A DNA stretch of 64,000 nucleotides, taken from an uncultured Armatimonadia bacterium. GTDB taxonomy: Bacteria; Armatimonadota; Zipacnadia; CAVVLO01. This document shows, piece after piece, positions 40,052 through 50,187 of the stretch (the first letter of the stretch is position 1; every line of letters begins with the position of its first letter). A program made the translations under genes and the position numbers. The stretch covers positions 352,001 to 416,000 of the forward strand of contig CAVVLO010000005.1 in the NCBI GenBank assembly GCA_963749155.1, read 5' to 3'. The notes beneath the pieces were generated by a model, which saw only the letters and a list, made by a program, of their open reading frames with translations, was not told the origin of the DNA and searched no databases.

Positions 40052-40249
40052 TTACTCGCCTATATCGTAGAGGCCTTGCAGCGTCCCCGGCAGCAGGAGA
40101 AGGGCGATAAGAAAGAGCAGCGAGATGAGCCCGATCAGCAGGAACTTCCAGGGAAGTGACGCCCCATACGCGCGCGGCAGGTTGCGGTAGAGGGCCAGCA
40201 GGAAAGCCGCCGCGAGCAGCAGTCCAGCCAGCCAGGGCAATCTTTCCAT
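40052..40249 (-). CDS. Small two-TM membrane protein (65 aa)
   Basis: ATG 40249 after GGAGG; two hydrophobic helices. Confidence 0.65.
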   Translation of the reverse strand: MERLPWLAGLLLAAAFLLALYRNLPRAYGASLPWKFLLIGLISLLFLIALLLLPGTLQGLYDIGE

Positions 40250-40266
40250 ACCCGCCTCCCGGTACC

Positions 40267-41569
40267 TCAATTTTCTTGTATTAGTGTACCCACAAGCCAG
40301 TCGTCCTGCACCTCGGATATTTCCACTTCGGCGAGGGCAGGGGGGAAGAAGCCGCAAAGCGCACCGTAAGATAGTTGCCACTGGTGCCCTGCCAGAGGCC
40401 AGGGGAGACTTCTTCCTCGGCGACTACTTCCAGCCGCCGGCCGATCATCCGCTGGAGGAACTGCGCCTGCTTTAGCGGCCAGCGCCTCGCGCAGGGCGCG
40501 CGTGCGGGCTTTCTTCACCTCGGGAGGCACGTCATCCATCCAGGTCGCGGCGAGCGTCCCAGGGCGCTCGGAATAACTGAACACATGCCCGTAGGTCAGC
40601 GGCAGGGCCTCCACCAGATTGAGGGTCGCCTCGAAGTCTTCGTCCGCTCTCGCCCGGCAGGCCAGTGATGAGGTCGGTGCCAAGGCCCACCGCCGGGTCG
40701 TTGAACTTCGCGATGGAGCAAAATTTGATAAACTGCGCGACCGTGTGCGGGCGGCGCATCCGCTCCAGCAACCGCTCGGAGCCACTCTGCAGCGGCATAT
40801 GCAGGTGGGGCGCGATGCGAGGCTCGAAGCCGAGCAGCTCGAAAAGCTCCCCTGAGAGGAACTGCGGCTCCAGCGAGGAGAAACGCAGCCGGAAGCCCTC
40901 TCCAAGTGCGAGCAGTTTCCGCGCGAGCCACGCCAGAGTGCGCCTTGGAGAGTAGCCCTTGCCCCAGTCACCGACATTGACACCGGTCAGGATGAGTTCT
41001 ACGGCGCCTCGTTCGAGCAATACTTCAGCCTCGCGCAGGATTTCTTCCACCTGGCGAGAGCGGCTTGGCCCGCGCGCAAGCGTTATGGCACAGTAGGCGC
41101 AGTCGAAGTCGCAGCCGTCCTGCACTTTGAGGTAGGCCCTGCGGCGGGGCGCCGAGGTGGGGCCCGAGACCACTGCGCCAGGCTGGAAATCGGTCAGTGC
41201 CTGGCGGGGGAGAACGCCCGAGAGGGCTTCTTCCACCAGGGCTACCAGGTGCTGCCGGGCGTCGGTGCCTACGACCAGGCCAACTCCTTCCACCGCGGAG
41301 GCTTGTTCAGGCTGAAGCTGGGAATAGCAACCAGCCAGCACCACGAGGGCTTCCGGATTTAGTCTTGCGGCTCGCCTGGCCAGCTTGCGAGAGTCCGCCT
41401 CGCTTCGGTGGGTGACCGCGCAGGAGTTGACCACATAGACATCGGCGACCTGATCGAAGTCTACGCGCTGGAAGCCCGCCGCCTCGAAGGCGGCCTCGAG
41501 GGCAGAGGTCTCATACTGGTTGAGCTTGCAACCTACGGTGGCGAAGGCGATGCGGCGAGGGTCTGTCAT
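40267..41569 (-). CDS. mtaB: tRNA threonylcarbamoyladenosine methylthiotransferase MtaB, three indels (~40645, ~40472, ~40340)
   Basis: GCKLNQYE, NSCAVT, KVQDGCDFDCAYC, HMPLQSG and HVFSYSERPGT motifs. Confidence 0.88.
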
Positions 41570-42420
41570 CGTTGCTTCTCCCTGGGCAGGCGGCGGCGCA
41601 GTCGCTGGCAAAAGGGGCAGATATAGGTGCCTCGACCGGCGACTTTGGTCTTCTCTATCAGGCTCTGGCAGCGCGGGCAGGGTTGCTCTTCCTTCCACAT
41701 CACCTGCAGCTCCTCACCGTAAGCGCCAGGCTGGCCCAGGAGATCGCGAAAATCGCCTGCCACCCCGTGCTGCTCATAAGCGGACTGTAACTGGCTGCGC
41801 AGTGTAGCCACCAGGCTCTCTAGTTCGACTCGCTTGAGGGTATTGGCGGGCTGCCTGGGGTGAAGCTGGCAGGTCCAAAGCGCCTCGGTCGCATAGATAT
41901 TGCCGATTCCGGTAACGATATGCTGGTTCTGCAGCACTTCTTTTATGCCGACGGAACGGCCTCCGATTGCCTTCCACAAGTATTCGGCAGAGAATTCCTC
42001 CGACAACGCTTCAGGACCCGGGTTGAAGGCCTCTATAGCCTCGCGACTCTCCTCGGCTGAAAGGAGTTCGACATACCCAAGCTGGAAGTCCTTAAAGGTG
42101 AGCGTATGGCCATCCTCGAAGCGCAGGCGAGCGACCAGATGGGCGTCGACCTCAGGCCCCTCATCAGCATCAAGCAATACCCGCCCACCGAATTGCAGAT
42201 GCATATGGACAACCTCATCGCGCTCTGCCAGCTGCAGCAACATCAGCTTGCCGAAGTGCTCGATGTGGGCAAAACTGGCGCCCAGCAGCGCCTTACGTAC
42301 CAAGGCTTTTTCGAAATTGGTGGCTTTGGTCTTGCCAAGCTCAATCTCGGTAATAGTCCGGCCTGTGATGTACTGGTTGAGCTGGTCGACCAGCCACTTA
42401 ACTTCGGGTAGTTCGGGCAT
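41566..42420 (-). CDS. mutM: Formamidopyrimidine-DNA glycosylase (Fpg/Nei family)
   Basis: N-terminal PELPEV, GIGNIYATE and CPRC..CPFCQ zinc finger. Confidence 0.9.
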   Translation of the reverse strand: MPELPEVKWLVDQLNQYITGRTITEIELGKTKATNFEKALVRKALLGASFAHIEHFGKLMLLQLAERDEVVHMHLQFGGRVLLDADEGPEVDAHLVARLRFEDGHTLTFKDFQLGYVELLSAEESREAIEAFNPGPEALSEEFSAEYLWKAIGGRSVGIKEVLQNQHIVTGIGNIYATEALWTCQLHPRQPANTLKRVELESLVATLRSQLQSAYEQHGVAGDFRDLLGQPGAYGEELQVMWKEEQPCPRCQSLIEKTKVAGRGTYICPFCQRLRRRLPREKQR

Positions 42421-42432
42421 CAAGACCTCTAT

Positions 42433-42467
42433 AAAAAAGGCAGGGCCGGTCCGGAGACCGACCCCCT
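42433..42467 (-). terminator. Intrinsic terminator after slipin
   Basis: Minus strand GGGTCGGTC-TCCG-GACCGGCCC followed by GCC and T6. Confidence 0.65.
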
Positions 42468-42489
42468 AAGACTTTCAGACAAGCCCTAA

Positions 42490-43272
42490 TTAGCTTTCTT
42501 CGTCGGAGCCGCCCTTCATCGCGCCCAGGACACCGGAGAACTCCTTGAAGCCCCTCAGTATCTCAAGGGGCAGAGGGAAGACGATAGTCGTCGTGTTCTC
42601 GGTCGAGATCTCCGAAAGGGTCTTGAGGTAGCGCAGTTGCAGTGCGCCAGGCTCGGACGACATTATCTTGGCGGCTTCGGTGAGGCGCGTGGAAGCCTCG
42701 AACTCGCCCTCGGCGCCGATGACAATGGCGCGGCGGGTACGTTCGGCCTCGGCCTGGCGGCCTATTGCGCGCTGCATGGTGTCAGGCAAATCTACGTCTT
42801 TCACCTCGACCAGGGTCACCTTGATACCCCAGGGGTCGGTCTGCTCGTCAATTATCTTCTGCAGGCGCTCGTTGACACTTTCGCGATCCGCCAGCAGTTC
42901 GTCCAGCTCAACCTGCCCCAGGACGCTACGCAGGGTCGTCTGGGCTATCTGGCTGGTGGCCAGCAGATAGTTGGCGACCTTGACAATCGCGTTCTCGGGA
43001 TTTAGCACCTGGAAATAGCAGACCGCATTCACCTTTACGGTGATGTTGTCTCGGGTGATGACGTCCTGCTTGGGCACATCAAGGGTGACGATACGCAAGT
43101 CGACCTTAATCATCTTCTCGATGATGGGGATGACGTAAAACAGGCCAGGCCCGCGCGCGCCCACGAGGCGACCGAGGCGGAAGATAACACCGCGCTCATA
43201 CTCGTTCACGATCCTGATTCCACTGATGATGAAGAGCACCACCAGCACGATGAAGGTCCATACAGCTTCCAT
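42490..43272 (-). CDS. Slipin / SPFH (stomatin-like) protein
   Basis: [29 protein letters not shown] and ALQLRYL motifs. Confidence 0.95.
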   Translation of the reverse strand: MEAVWTFIVLVVLFIISGIRIVNEYERGVIFRLGRLVGARGPGLFYVIPIIEKMIKVDLRIVTLDVPKQDVITRDNITVKVNAVCYFQVLNPENAIVKVANYLLATSQIAQTTLRSVLGQVELDELLADRESVNERLQKIIDEQTDPWGIKVTLVEVKDVDLPDTMQRAIGRQAEAERTRRAIVIGAEGEFEASTRLTEAAKIMSSEPGALQLRYLKTLSEISTENTTTIVFPLPLEILRGFKEFSGVLGAMKGGSDEES

Positions 43273-43284
43273 CCAGACTCCCTC

Positions 43285-44694
43285 CTATAAAGCCGATGAG
43301 GGCGCTGGGCCCTCTTGGCCTTGCTCGCTTTCTTCGTCAACAGGTTCAACCCAAAACTTGAGCCCTTCCATCCTCACGACTCGGGCGCGTTCGCCGGCGG
43401 GTATGATCGCCTCGCTCACCGAATAAGCAGTCCACAGGGTGCCATCCAGTGCCAGAGTGCCGGGTTCCTCGGCGGTGATAAGCTTGCGTACCTCGCCAAT
43501 GTCGTGGATATAGCCTTCTCGCCCCATAAAGGGTTGCTTCCGCATCGCTTTGATAACCGCCCCAACGGCGAACACGAAGAAGGCCGTGAGCGTGAGCACG
43601 ACAGTAAAGATGACCTCTCGGCCGATGGGATAGGTCGTGCGACTGGGCGAGAGCAACATCATCGAGCCTAAAGCCAGGGCGACCACCCCGCCTGCCGTAA
43701 GCACCCCGTGGGTGGGCATCTTGAGGTCGATTATGAACAGGGCGATGGCCAGCACGATAAGCAGCAGACCGCCCAGATTTACCTCGAGAGCCGAAAGTGC
43801 CGTAAGGCCAAGCAGCAAGCTGATAACGCCCACCACTCCGGCTACAACGCCACCGGGACTTGCCAGCTCGTAGATGATGGCCATTATCCCAATGGTCAAA
43901 AGCAGATAGGCCACATTGGGATCGGCGACCGCATGAAGGAAGTTTTCCTGCGGGGTCATTACATGATCTTCAATAGGCAGGCCTCTGGTTGCCAGGGTTA
44001 CATAGCCGCTGGCAAGCTTAACCTGGCGACCGTCCAGTTTCGTCAGCAACTCGTTGGTGTCGTTGGCGATAAAGTCGCAGATGCCTGATGTCACGGCCTC
44101 GGAGGCGGTCTCAGCGAGGCTCTCCCGGACGATCTTCTCGGCCCATTCCTGGCTGCGGCCGCGTTGCTCGGCGATAGACTTTACGAAGGAGGCGGTGAAG
44201 TTTACTATCTTGTCTTCCATCACCGCGGTATCACCGGGAGCAGTCTCGGGCTGACCGGGCATCCCGCCTGGGGCGATGGAGACCGGATGGGCCGCGCCGA
44301 TGTTGGTGCCCTCTGCCATTGCCACGATGTTGCCGGCGATGGTAATGATAGCGCCAGCCGAGCCTGCGCCGGCGCCAGAGGGGGCGACCCAGCATACAAT
44401 TGGTACCTGGCAGGCGAGCATCTCTTGTACCAGCGATTGTGTACTGGTAAGCAGCCCTCCTGGGGTATCGATTTGCATGATGACGATCTCGGCGCCCGAG
44501 GCCTGAGCCTTCTTCAATCCGGCGATAAGATAATCGGTGAGGAAAGGATCGATGCCACCAGTGATGGAGAGCCTGTAAGCTACTCTTCCAGAGCTGGGCA
44601 TGTCCTGGTAGGTTGGCTGCTGGGCTAAAGCCAGCAGGCAGGAAAGGCCGATAATCAATACCAGGCAAATAAGAACGACTCGCGATTGTCTCAT
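43285..44694 (-). CDS. nfeD: NfeD family membrane-bound serine protease
   Basis: DTPGG, SAG and TNIGAAHPV motifs, TM region, C-terminal OB fold; paired with slipin. Confidence 0.92.
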   Translation of the reverse strand: MRQSRVVLICLVLIIGLSCLLALAQQPTYQDMPSSGRVAYRLSITGGIDPFLTDYLIAGLKKAQASGAEIVIMQIDTPGGLLTSTQSLVQEMLACQVPIVCWVAPSGAGAGSAGAIITIAGNIVAMAEGTNIGAAHPVSIAPGGMPGQPETAPGDTAVMEDKIVNFTASFVKSIAEQRGRSQEWAEKIVRESLAETASEAVTSGICDFIANDTNELLTKLDGRQVKLASGYVTLATRGLPIEDHVMTPQENFLHAVADPNVAYLLLTIGIMAIIYELASPGGVVAGVVGVISLLLGLTALSALEVNLGGLLLIVLAIALFIIDLKMPTHGVLTAGGVVALALGSMMLLSPSRTTYPIGREVIFTVVLTLTAFFVFAVGAVIKAMRKQPFMGREGYIHDIGEVRKLITAEEPGTLALDGTLWTAYSVSEAIIPAGERARVVRMEGLKFWVEPVDEESEQGQEGPAPSSAL

Positions 44695-44766
44695 GGCCGT
44701 TCACCTCCGTGAGGCGCCAAAACCATTATAGCAGAGCCAGGCCTGTGCAATTGTCCTCTCCTCCCT

Positions 44767-44795
44767 TTGAAGGGCAGAGGGGCCAGTGATATAAT
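44767..44795 (+). promoter_or_regulatory. Sigma70 promoter of gatCAB (a divergent extended -10 for nfeD lies at 44725-44733)
   Basis: TTGAAG-17 nt-TATAAT with TG extension. Confidence 0.65.
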
Positions 44796-44821
44796 CGCGC
44801 CATCCAGGGGAGGGCATGCCG

Positions 44822-45112
44822 ATGGAGATTACGCTTTCAGAAGTCGAATACGTTGCAAATCTGGCCCGGATGGCGCTGGGCGAGGATGAGAAAGCCAGAC
44901 TGACCGAGGAACTCTCCCGGATCCTGGCCTACGTAGCCAAACTTGACGAGCTGGATACGACAGGCATCCCCCCGATGAAACATACCCTGCAGCGTTCCAC
45001 TCCACTGCGCGCCGACAAAGTCAAGCCTTCGATGCCGCGCGAGGAAGCGCTTGCCAATGCGCCTGACGCGCGTCAGGGCAGTTTCGCCGTCCCCCTTGTT
45101 ATGGAAGAGTAG
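44822..45112 (+). CDS. gatC: Asp-tRNA(Asn)/Glu-tRNA(Gln) amidotransferase subunit C
   Basis: VANLARM, LDELDT, LRAD, LANAP and FAVP motifs. Confidence 0.93.
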   Translation: MEITLSEVEYVANLARMALGEDEKARLTEELSRILAYVAKLDELDTTGIPPMKHTLQRSTPLRADKVKPSMPREEALANAPDARQGSFAVPLVMEE

Positions 45113-45137
45113 CGCTTATCTCGTTGGAGTGAGTCGA

Positions 45138-46599
45138 GTGGAGTTTTGGGAGTATTCGGGCTACGAGACGCAGCAACTACTGGCCTCAGGCGAGGCCTCG
45201 GCCTCAGAAGTGACTGAAGCGATCCTTGGCCGACTGGTCAGCCTCGAGCCGCAGATAAACAGCTATGTGACAGTGACCTGCGAGACTGCGATGGAGACGG
45301 CCCGTGCCGTGGATGAGGCGCGCGCCGCTGGTGAAGAGCTGCCTCCGCTTGCTGGCGTGCCAATCGCAGTCAAGGATCTGATGTGCACCAAAGGCGTACG
45401 AACGACCTGCAGCAGCAAGATGCTGGAAAACTTCGTGCCCCCCTACGATGCTGAAGTCGTGGCTCGCATCAAGGCCCAGCGGATGCCCATCACGGGCAAG
45501 ACCAACCTCGATGAGTTCGCGATGGGCTCCTCGACTGAAAATTCGGCTTTCTTCTCGACCCATAATCCCTGGAACCTCGACTGCGTGCCAGGCGGCAGCA
45601 GCGGAGGGGCGGCGGCGACCGTCGCTGCGCGTCAGGTGGCGCTGAGCCTCGGCTCGGACACGGGGGGCTCTATCCGCCAGCCCGCGTCCTTCTGCGGGGT
45701 CGTCGGCCTCAAGCCGACCTATGGGCGCGTCTCGCGTTATGGGCTGATAGCTTTCGCCAGCTCGCTGGACCAGATAGGCCCGCTCACCCGGGATGTACGC
45801 GACTCGGCACTGGCGCTCAACCTGATCGCCGGGCACGATGCGAAGGATTCGACTTCGGCCGAGGTGCCGACCGAAAACTGGCTCGAATGCCTGGACAGGC
45901 CCCTCGAAGGGCGCAAGCTGGGCCTTATCAAAGAATTTATGGGCGAGGGGATAGAGCCCGAGATACGCGACCTGGTGCTGGCCGCAGTTCGAACGTTACA
46001 CCGAGCTTGGCGCCGAGGTAGAGGAAGTCTCCTTCCCGCATGCCGAATATGCTCTGGCCACCTACTACATCATCGCACCGGCCGAGGCGAGTTCCAACCT
46101 GGCCCGTTATGACGGGGTGCAATACGGTTACCGCGCCGAGGTAGTGGGGAAGGATTATATCGAGCTGTTCAAGACCACGCGCGGCGAGGGTTTTGGCCCC
46201 GAGGTCAAGCGGCGCATTATGATTGGTACCTACGCGCTGTCGGCCGGTTATTACGACGCCTTTTACGGCAAGGCCCAGCAGGCCAGGACGCTGCTGGCGC
46301 GCGACTTCGACACCTTGTTTGGGAAGTATGACGCGCTGCTTTCGCCAACTTCTCCAACCGTGGCTTTCAAGTTTGGCGAACGCGCTGCCGATCCACTAAA
46401 AATGTATATGTCGGACATCTGCACTATTCCGGTGAATATGGCTGGGCTGCCAGGTATAAGCCTGCCGTGCGGCTTCTCGGAGGGGCTGCCGGTAGGCCTG
46501 CAGCTAATCACGAAGGCCTGGGATGAAGCGAGTCTGCTCAACCTGGCCTGGGCTTATGAGCAGTCCACCGACTGGCACAAGCAATCCCCCGCACTGTAA
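45138..46599 (+). CDS. gatA: Amidotransferase subunit A, +1 frameshift at ~45995
   Basis: [30 protein letters not shown] and [11 protein letters not shown] motifs. Confidence 0.93.
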
Positions 46600-46613
46600 C
46601 GGGAGCGCCACCA

Positions 46614-48061
46614 ATGGCTGATGAATACGAAGTCGTAATAGGAATGGAAGTCCACGCGCAGCTGCTTACCAGCTCGAAGTTGTTCTGCGGTTGCTCGACA
46701 GCTTTCGGCGCGGAGCCGAACACGCAGGTCTGTCCTGTCTGCCTCGGCTTCCCTGGGGTGCTGCCCGTGCTGAATGAGCGGGCGGTTGATTTCGTGGTGC
46801 GGACGGGGCTTGCCCTCAACTGCGAGATAGCCGAAGAGAGCATCTTTGCGCGCAAAAATTACTTCTATCCCGACCTGCCGAAGGCTTATCAGATAACCCA
46901 GTATGAGACGCCGCTCTGCCATAAGGGCTATCTCGATATTGAAGTCGAGGGCAGACACCAGGCGCATCGGCATTACGCGGGTTCATCTGGAAGAGGACAC
47001 CGCCCGCACCGCTCATACCGGCGGGGACGCCAGCCTGGTGGACTATAACCGGGGCGGCACCCCTCTGATGGAGATCGTCACCGAGCCGGATATCCGCTCT
47101 GCCGAAGAGGCCCGGGAGTATATCGTCCGGCTGCGGCAGATACTGCGCTACCTGGGCGTCTGCGATGGCAATATGGAAGAAGGCTCTCTGCGCTGCGAGC
47201 CCAATGTAAGTATCAGGCCGGTGGGACAGGTGGAGTTCGGCACCAAGGTTGAGTTGAAGAACCTTAACTCCTTCCGCGCCGTGTACAACGGGCTAAAATA
47301 CGAGGTAGAACGCCAGAGTCGCGCTCTGCGGCGGGGCGAGGCCATCGTGCAGGAGACCCGCCGCTATTTCGAGGAGACCGGCAAGACGGGCGTAATGCGC
47401 AGCAAGGAGAGCGCCCACGATTATCGGTACTTCCCAGAGCCTGACCTGTTGCAACTCAACCTGTCGCCTGAGTCCATCACCGAGCGCAAGCTGCGCGCTG
47501 CCAGAATTGCCCCTGGCGAAGAAGCAGCGCTTCCTGGCCGAACTCGGTCTGTCTGATTATGATGCGACCAACCTGACCGAGGATCGGCGCCTGGCTGGAT
47601 ACTTTGAGGAATGCCTGGCAGCCGGAGCTGATCCGAAAGCTGCCGCCAACTGGTTGATGGGCGATTTCTCGGGCAAGGCCAATGAGGCCGGCATCGCAGT
47701 ATGGGAGTCGAAGGTCAGCCCCGAGGCCCTGGCCGAATTGTTGACTCTCATCGCCGAGGGCATAATCAGCGGCAAGCAGGCCAAGCAGGTCTTCGAGGTG
47801 CAGTTCGAGACGGGCAAATCGCCAAAGGCTATCGTCGAGGAACAGGGCCTCGTGCAGATCTCGGACGATTCGGCCCTCCAGGAACTTGTAAAACAGGTCG
47901 TGGCGGACAATGCCGACTCGCTGGCCCGGTATCTGGCGGGCAATGAGAAGCTGATTGGCTTCTTCGTCGGCCAGGCGATGAAGGCCAGCCAGGGCAAGGC
48001 CAATCCCCAGAAGTTGAACGAACTCTTGAAAGCCGAACTGGAGTCCCATCGGGAGGGCTAA
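46614..48061 (+). CDS. gatB: Amidotransferase subunit B, +1 frameshifts at ~46951 and ~47488
   Basis: [34 protein letters not shown] and GFFVGQAMK motifs. Confidence 0.93.
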
Positions 48062-48063
48062 CA

Positions 48064-49356
48064 ATGGAGTATGTTCCGCTGAGCGTCCACGAGGCGCCTG
48101 TCACTCACAAAGCCGACGTGGTTGTGGTCGGTGGAGGACCAGGTGGAGTTGCCGCCGCGCTATCCGCCGCCCAGGCCGGGGCCAGGGTGCTGCTTATCGA
48201 GCAGTACGGGATGCTCGGCGGGATGGCGACGGTCGGCCTCGTGAATCCCTTTATGACCTTCTTCGCGGGCCAGCGACAGATCATCTTCGGCAGCTTCCAG
48301 AAGCTGCTGGACAAGCTCGCGAGCTTCCCCGGGGGCCTTGGCGGACCGAAAGGACCCTGGGCCTTCGATTCGGATGTCTATGCCCGTGCTACTGAAGAGC
48401 TTTGCCAGGAAGCCGGCATCGAGTTGCTCTTCCATAGCTACCTCTGTGATGCAGCGAAAGAGGGCGAAACGCTCAAAGCCGCCATCTATGCGAGCAAATC
48501 GGGCCTTCAGGCAGCGAGCGCCAAAGTCTTCGTGGACGCGACTGGCGATGCCGATCTGGCCGCGCTGGCAGGTTGCCCCTTCGAGCAAGGTCGGCCTGGC
48601 GATGGGCTGACCCAGCCGATGACCTGCTGCTTCGAGATGAGCGGCGTGGATGAAGAACGGATGCCCAGCAAGACCGACATCGATAACGCCTTCAAAGCGG
48701 CGCGCGCGCGCGGCGAGGTCAGCATCCCGCTGGACTGGGGAGTGCTGTATTTCTACACCACGCACCCCGGTCAGGTGCATTTCAACAATACACGCATTGT
48801 GCGGCGGCATGGCACCGACGTGGACGATATGACCTGGGCCGAGGCCGAAGGCCGCAGGCAGGCCTTCGAGCTGGCCGCGTGGATGATTGCCAATATCACA
48901 GGCTTCGAGCAGGCGCATCTCTCGCGCTTGCCGGGGCAGGTAGGGGTACGCGAAAGCCGGCGCATCGTCGGAGATTATACCCTTATCGCCGAGGATGTCA
49001 CTGAAGCGCGCAAGCATCCCGACGCTATCGCCTGCGGCTCGTATATGGTGGACATCCACGACCCGGATGGAGGCGGAGTGGTGCATCAATGGCCCCCTGC
49101 CGGTGACTGGTACGACATCCCTTATCGCTGCCTGCTGCCTCAAGGCGCGCGCAACCTCGTGATTGCGGGAAGGCCTATCTCGTCGACCCATGAGGCCCAT
49201 TCGGCAACGCGCGTTATGCCCATCGCGGCGGCTATCGGTGATGGGGCAGGGGTCGCGGCGGCGCTTGCGGCCGAGGCGGACGGCGATCTGAGAGCGATTG
49301 ACCTCAACAAACTGAGAGAGCAACTCAAAGCTCAGGGCGCTTTCCTGGGCGACTAA
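48064..49356 (+). CDS. FAD-dependent oxidoreductase
   Basis: VVVVGGGPGG, DATGDADLA, GVRESRRI and YDIPYRCL motifs. Confidence 0.9.
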   Translation: MEYVPLSVHEAPVTHKADVVVVGGGPGGVAAALSAAQAGARVLLIEQYGMLGGMATVGLVNPFMTFFAGQRQIIFGSFQKLLDKLASFPGGLGGPKGPWAFDSDVYARATEELCQEAGIELLFHSYLCDAAKEGETLKAAIYASKSGLQAASAKVFVDATGDADLAALAGCPFEQGRPGDGLTQPMTCCFEMSGVDEERMPSKTDIDNAFKAARARGEVSIPLDWGVLYFYTTHPGQVHFNNTRIVRRHGTDVDDMTWAEAEGRRQAFELAAWMIANITGFEQAHLSRLPGQVGVRESRRIVGDYTLIAEDVTEARKHPDAIACGSYMVDIHDPDGGGVVHQWPPAGDWYDIPYRCLLPQGARNLVIAGRPISSTHEAHSATRVMPIAAAIGDGAGVAAALAAEADGDLRAIDLNKLREQLKAQGAFLGD

Positions 49357-49373
49357 ACGAAAGAGGTTTCCTA

Positions 49374-50159
49374 ATGGGATTCAGATATGGCGTATGCGCC
49401 GGAGTGGACGCAAGCCCTGCACTTAAAGCAGCCGGCTATGACTATATTGAGCTTGCTGTTGGCACGGTAAAGCCAAAAGAACGTGACTGGGACGGCCTCG
49501 CAACGCTTCGGGCCCAGACAGCCGAGGCAGGCCTTCCTTGTGATGCCTGGAACTGCCTGCTTCCTGGCGAACTCAAGGTCACAGGTCCGGATGTGGATCT
49601 GCAGGCCGTGTCAGATTATATCGATCTGGCTTTTATCCGCATCAGCAAGCTGGGCGGGCGGATAATCGTCTTCGGCAGTGGAGGCGCCAGGCGCATCCCC
49701 GAAGGCTGGCCTCGCGAGGAGGCCGAAGCCCAACTGCGCGCCTTCCTCAGGCTGGCCGCTTCTCACGCCGCCGACCACAACCTGGGCATCGCAATCGAGC
49801 CTCTGCGTTCGGCCGAGAGCAATGTAATCAACACGGTCGCCGAAGGGCTGGAGTATGTCCGCGCCGTGCAATCGTGTCGCGTTCAGGTCTTGATGGATTA
49901 TTACCATCTGGTCGAAGAAGGCGAACCGCTCGAGGTCGTCCACCAGGCGGGCAACTTCCTGGTGCATGTCCACGTAGCGGTGCCAGGCTCTCGGAAGGCG
50001 CCAGGCCTTGAGGAACATGACTTTGTGCCCTTGATGCGCGCTCTGAAGGAGATCGACTATAAAGGGCGAATCTCCATCGAGGGCGGTTGGAACGATTTGG
50101 CCGCCGAAGCCGCCAGGGCGCTCGAGGTGCTGAAGGCCGCCGAACAGGCTGCCTCTTAG
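49374..50159 (+). CDS. Sugar phosphate isomerase/epimerase (ketose 3-epimerase-like TIM barrel)
   Basis: VFGSGGAR, IEPLRSAE, DYYH, HVH and SIE motifs. Confidence 0.85.
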   Translation: MGFRYGVCAGVDASPALKAAGYDYIELAVGTVKPKERDWDGLATLRAQTAEAGLPCDAWNCLLPGELKVTGPDVDLQAVSDYIDLAFIRISKLGGRIIVFGSGGARRIPEGWPREEAEAQLRAFLRLAASHAADHNLGIAIEPLRSAESNVINTVAEGLEYVRAVQSCRVQVLMDYYHLVEEGEPLEVVHQAGNFLVHVHVAVPGSRKAPGLEEHDFVPLMRALKEIDYKGRISIEGGWNDLAAEAARALEVLKAAEQAAS

Positions 50160-50187
50160 CAGACTCGGCGCGGGTATCGCCCGCCTG

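Noticed and set aside
37666..40260. Intact integrative element at tRNA-Leu(TAA)
   Set aside because: No integrase or transposase, and I found no duplicated tRNA 3' end; only a small decayed insert is present
45138..48061. Programmed frameshifting or pseudogenisation of gatA and gatB
   Set aside because: No slippery sequences, no other decay, and the same insertion pattern occurs across the window
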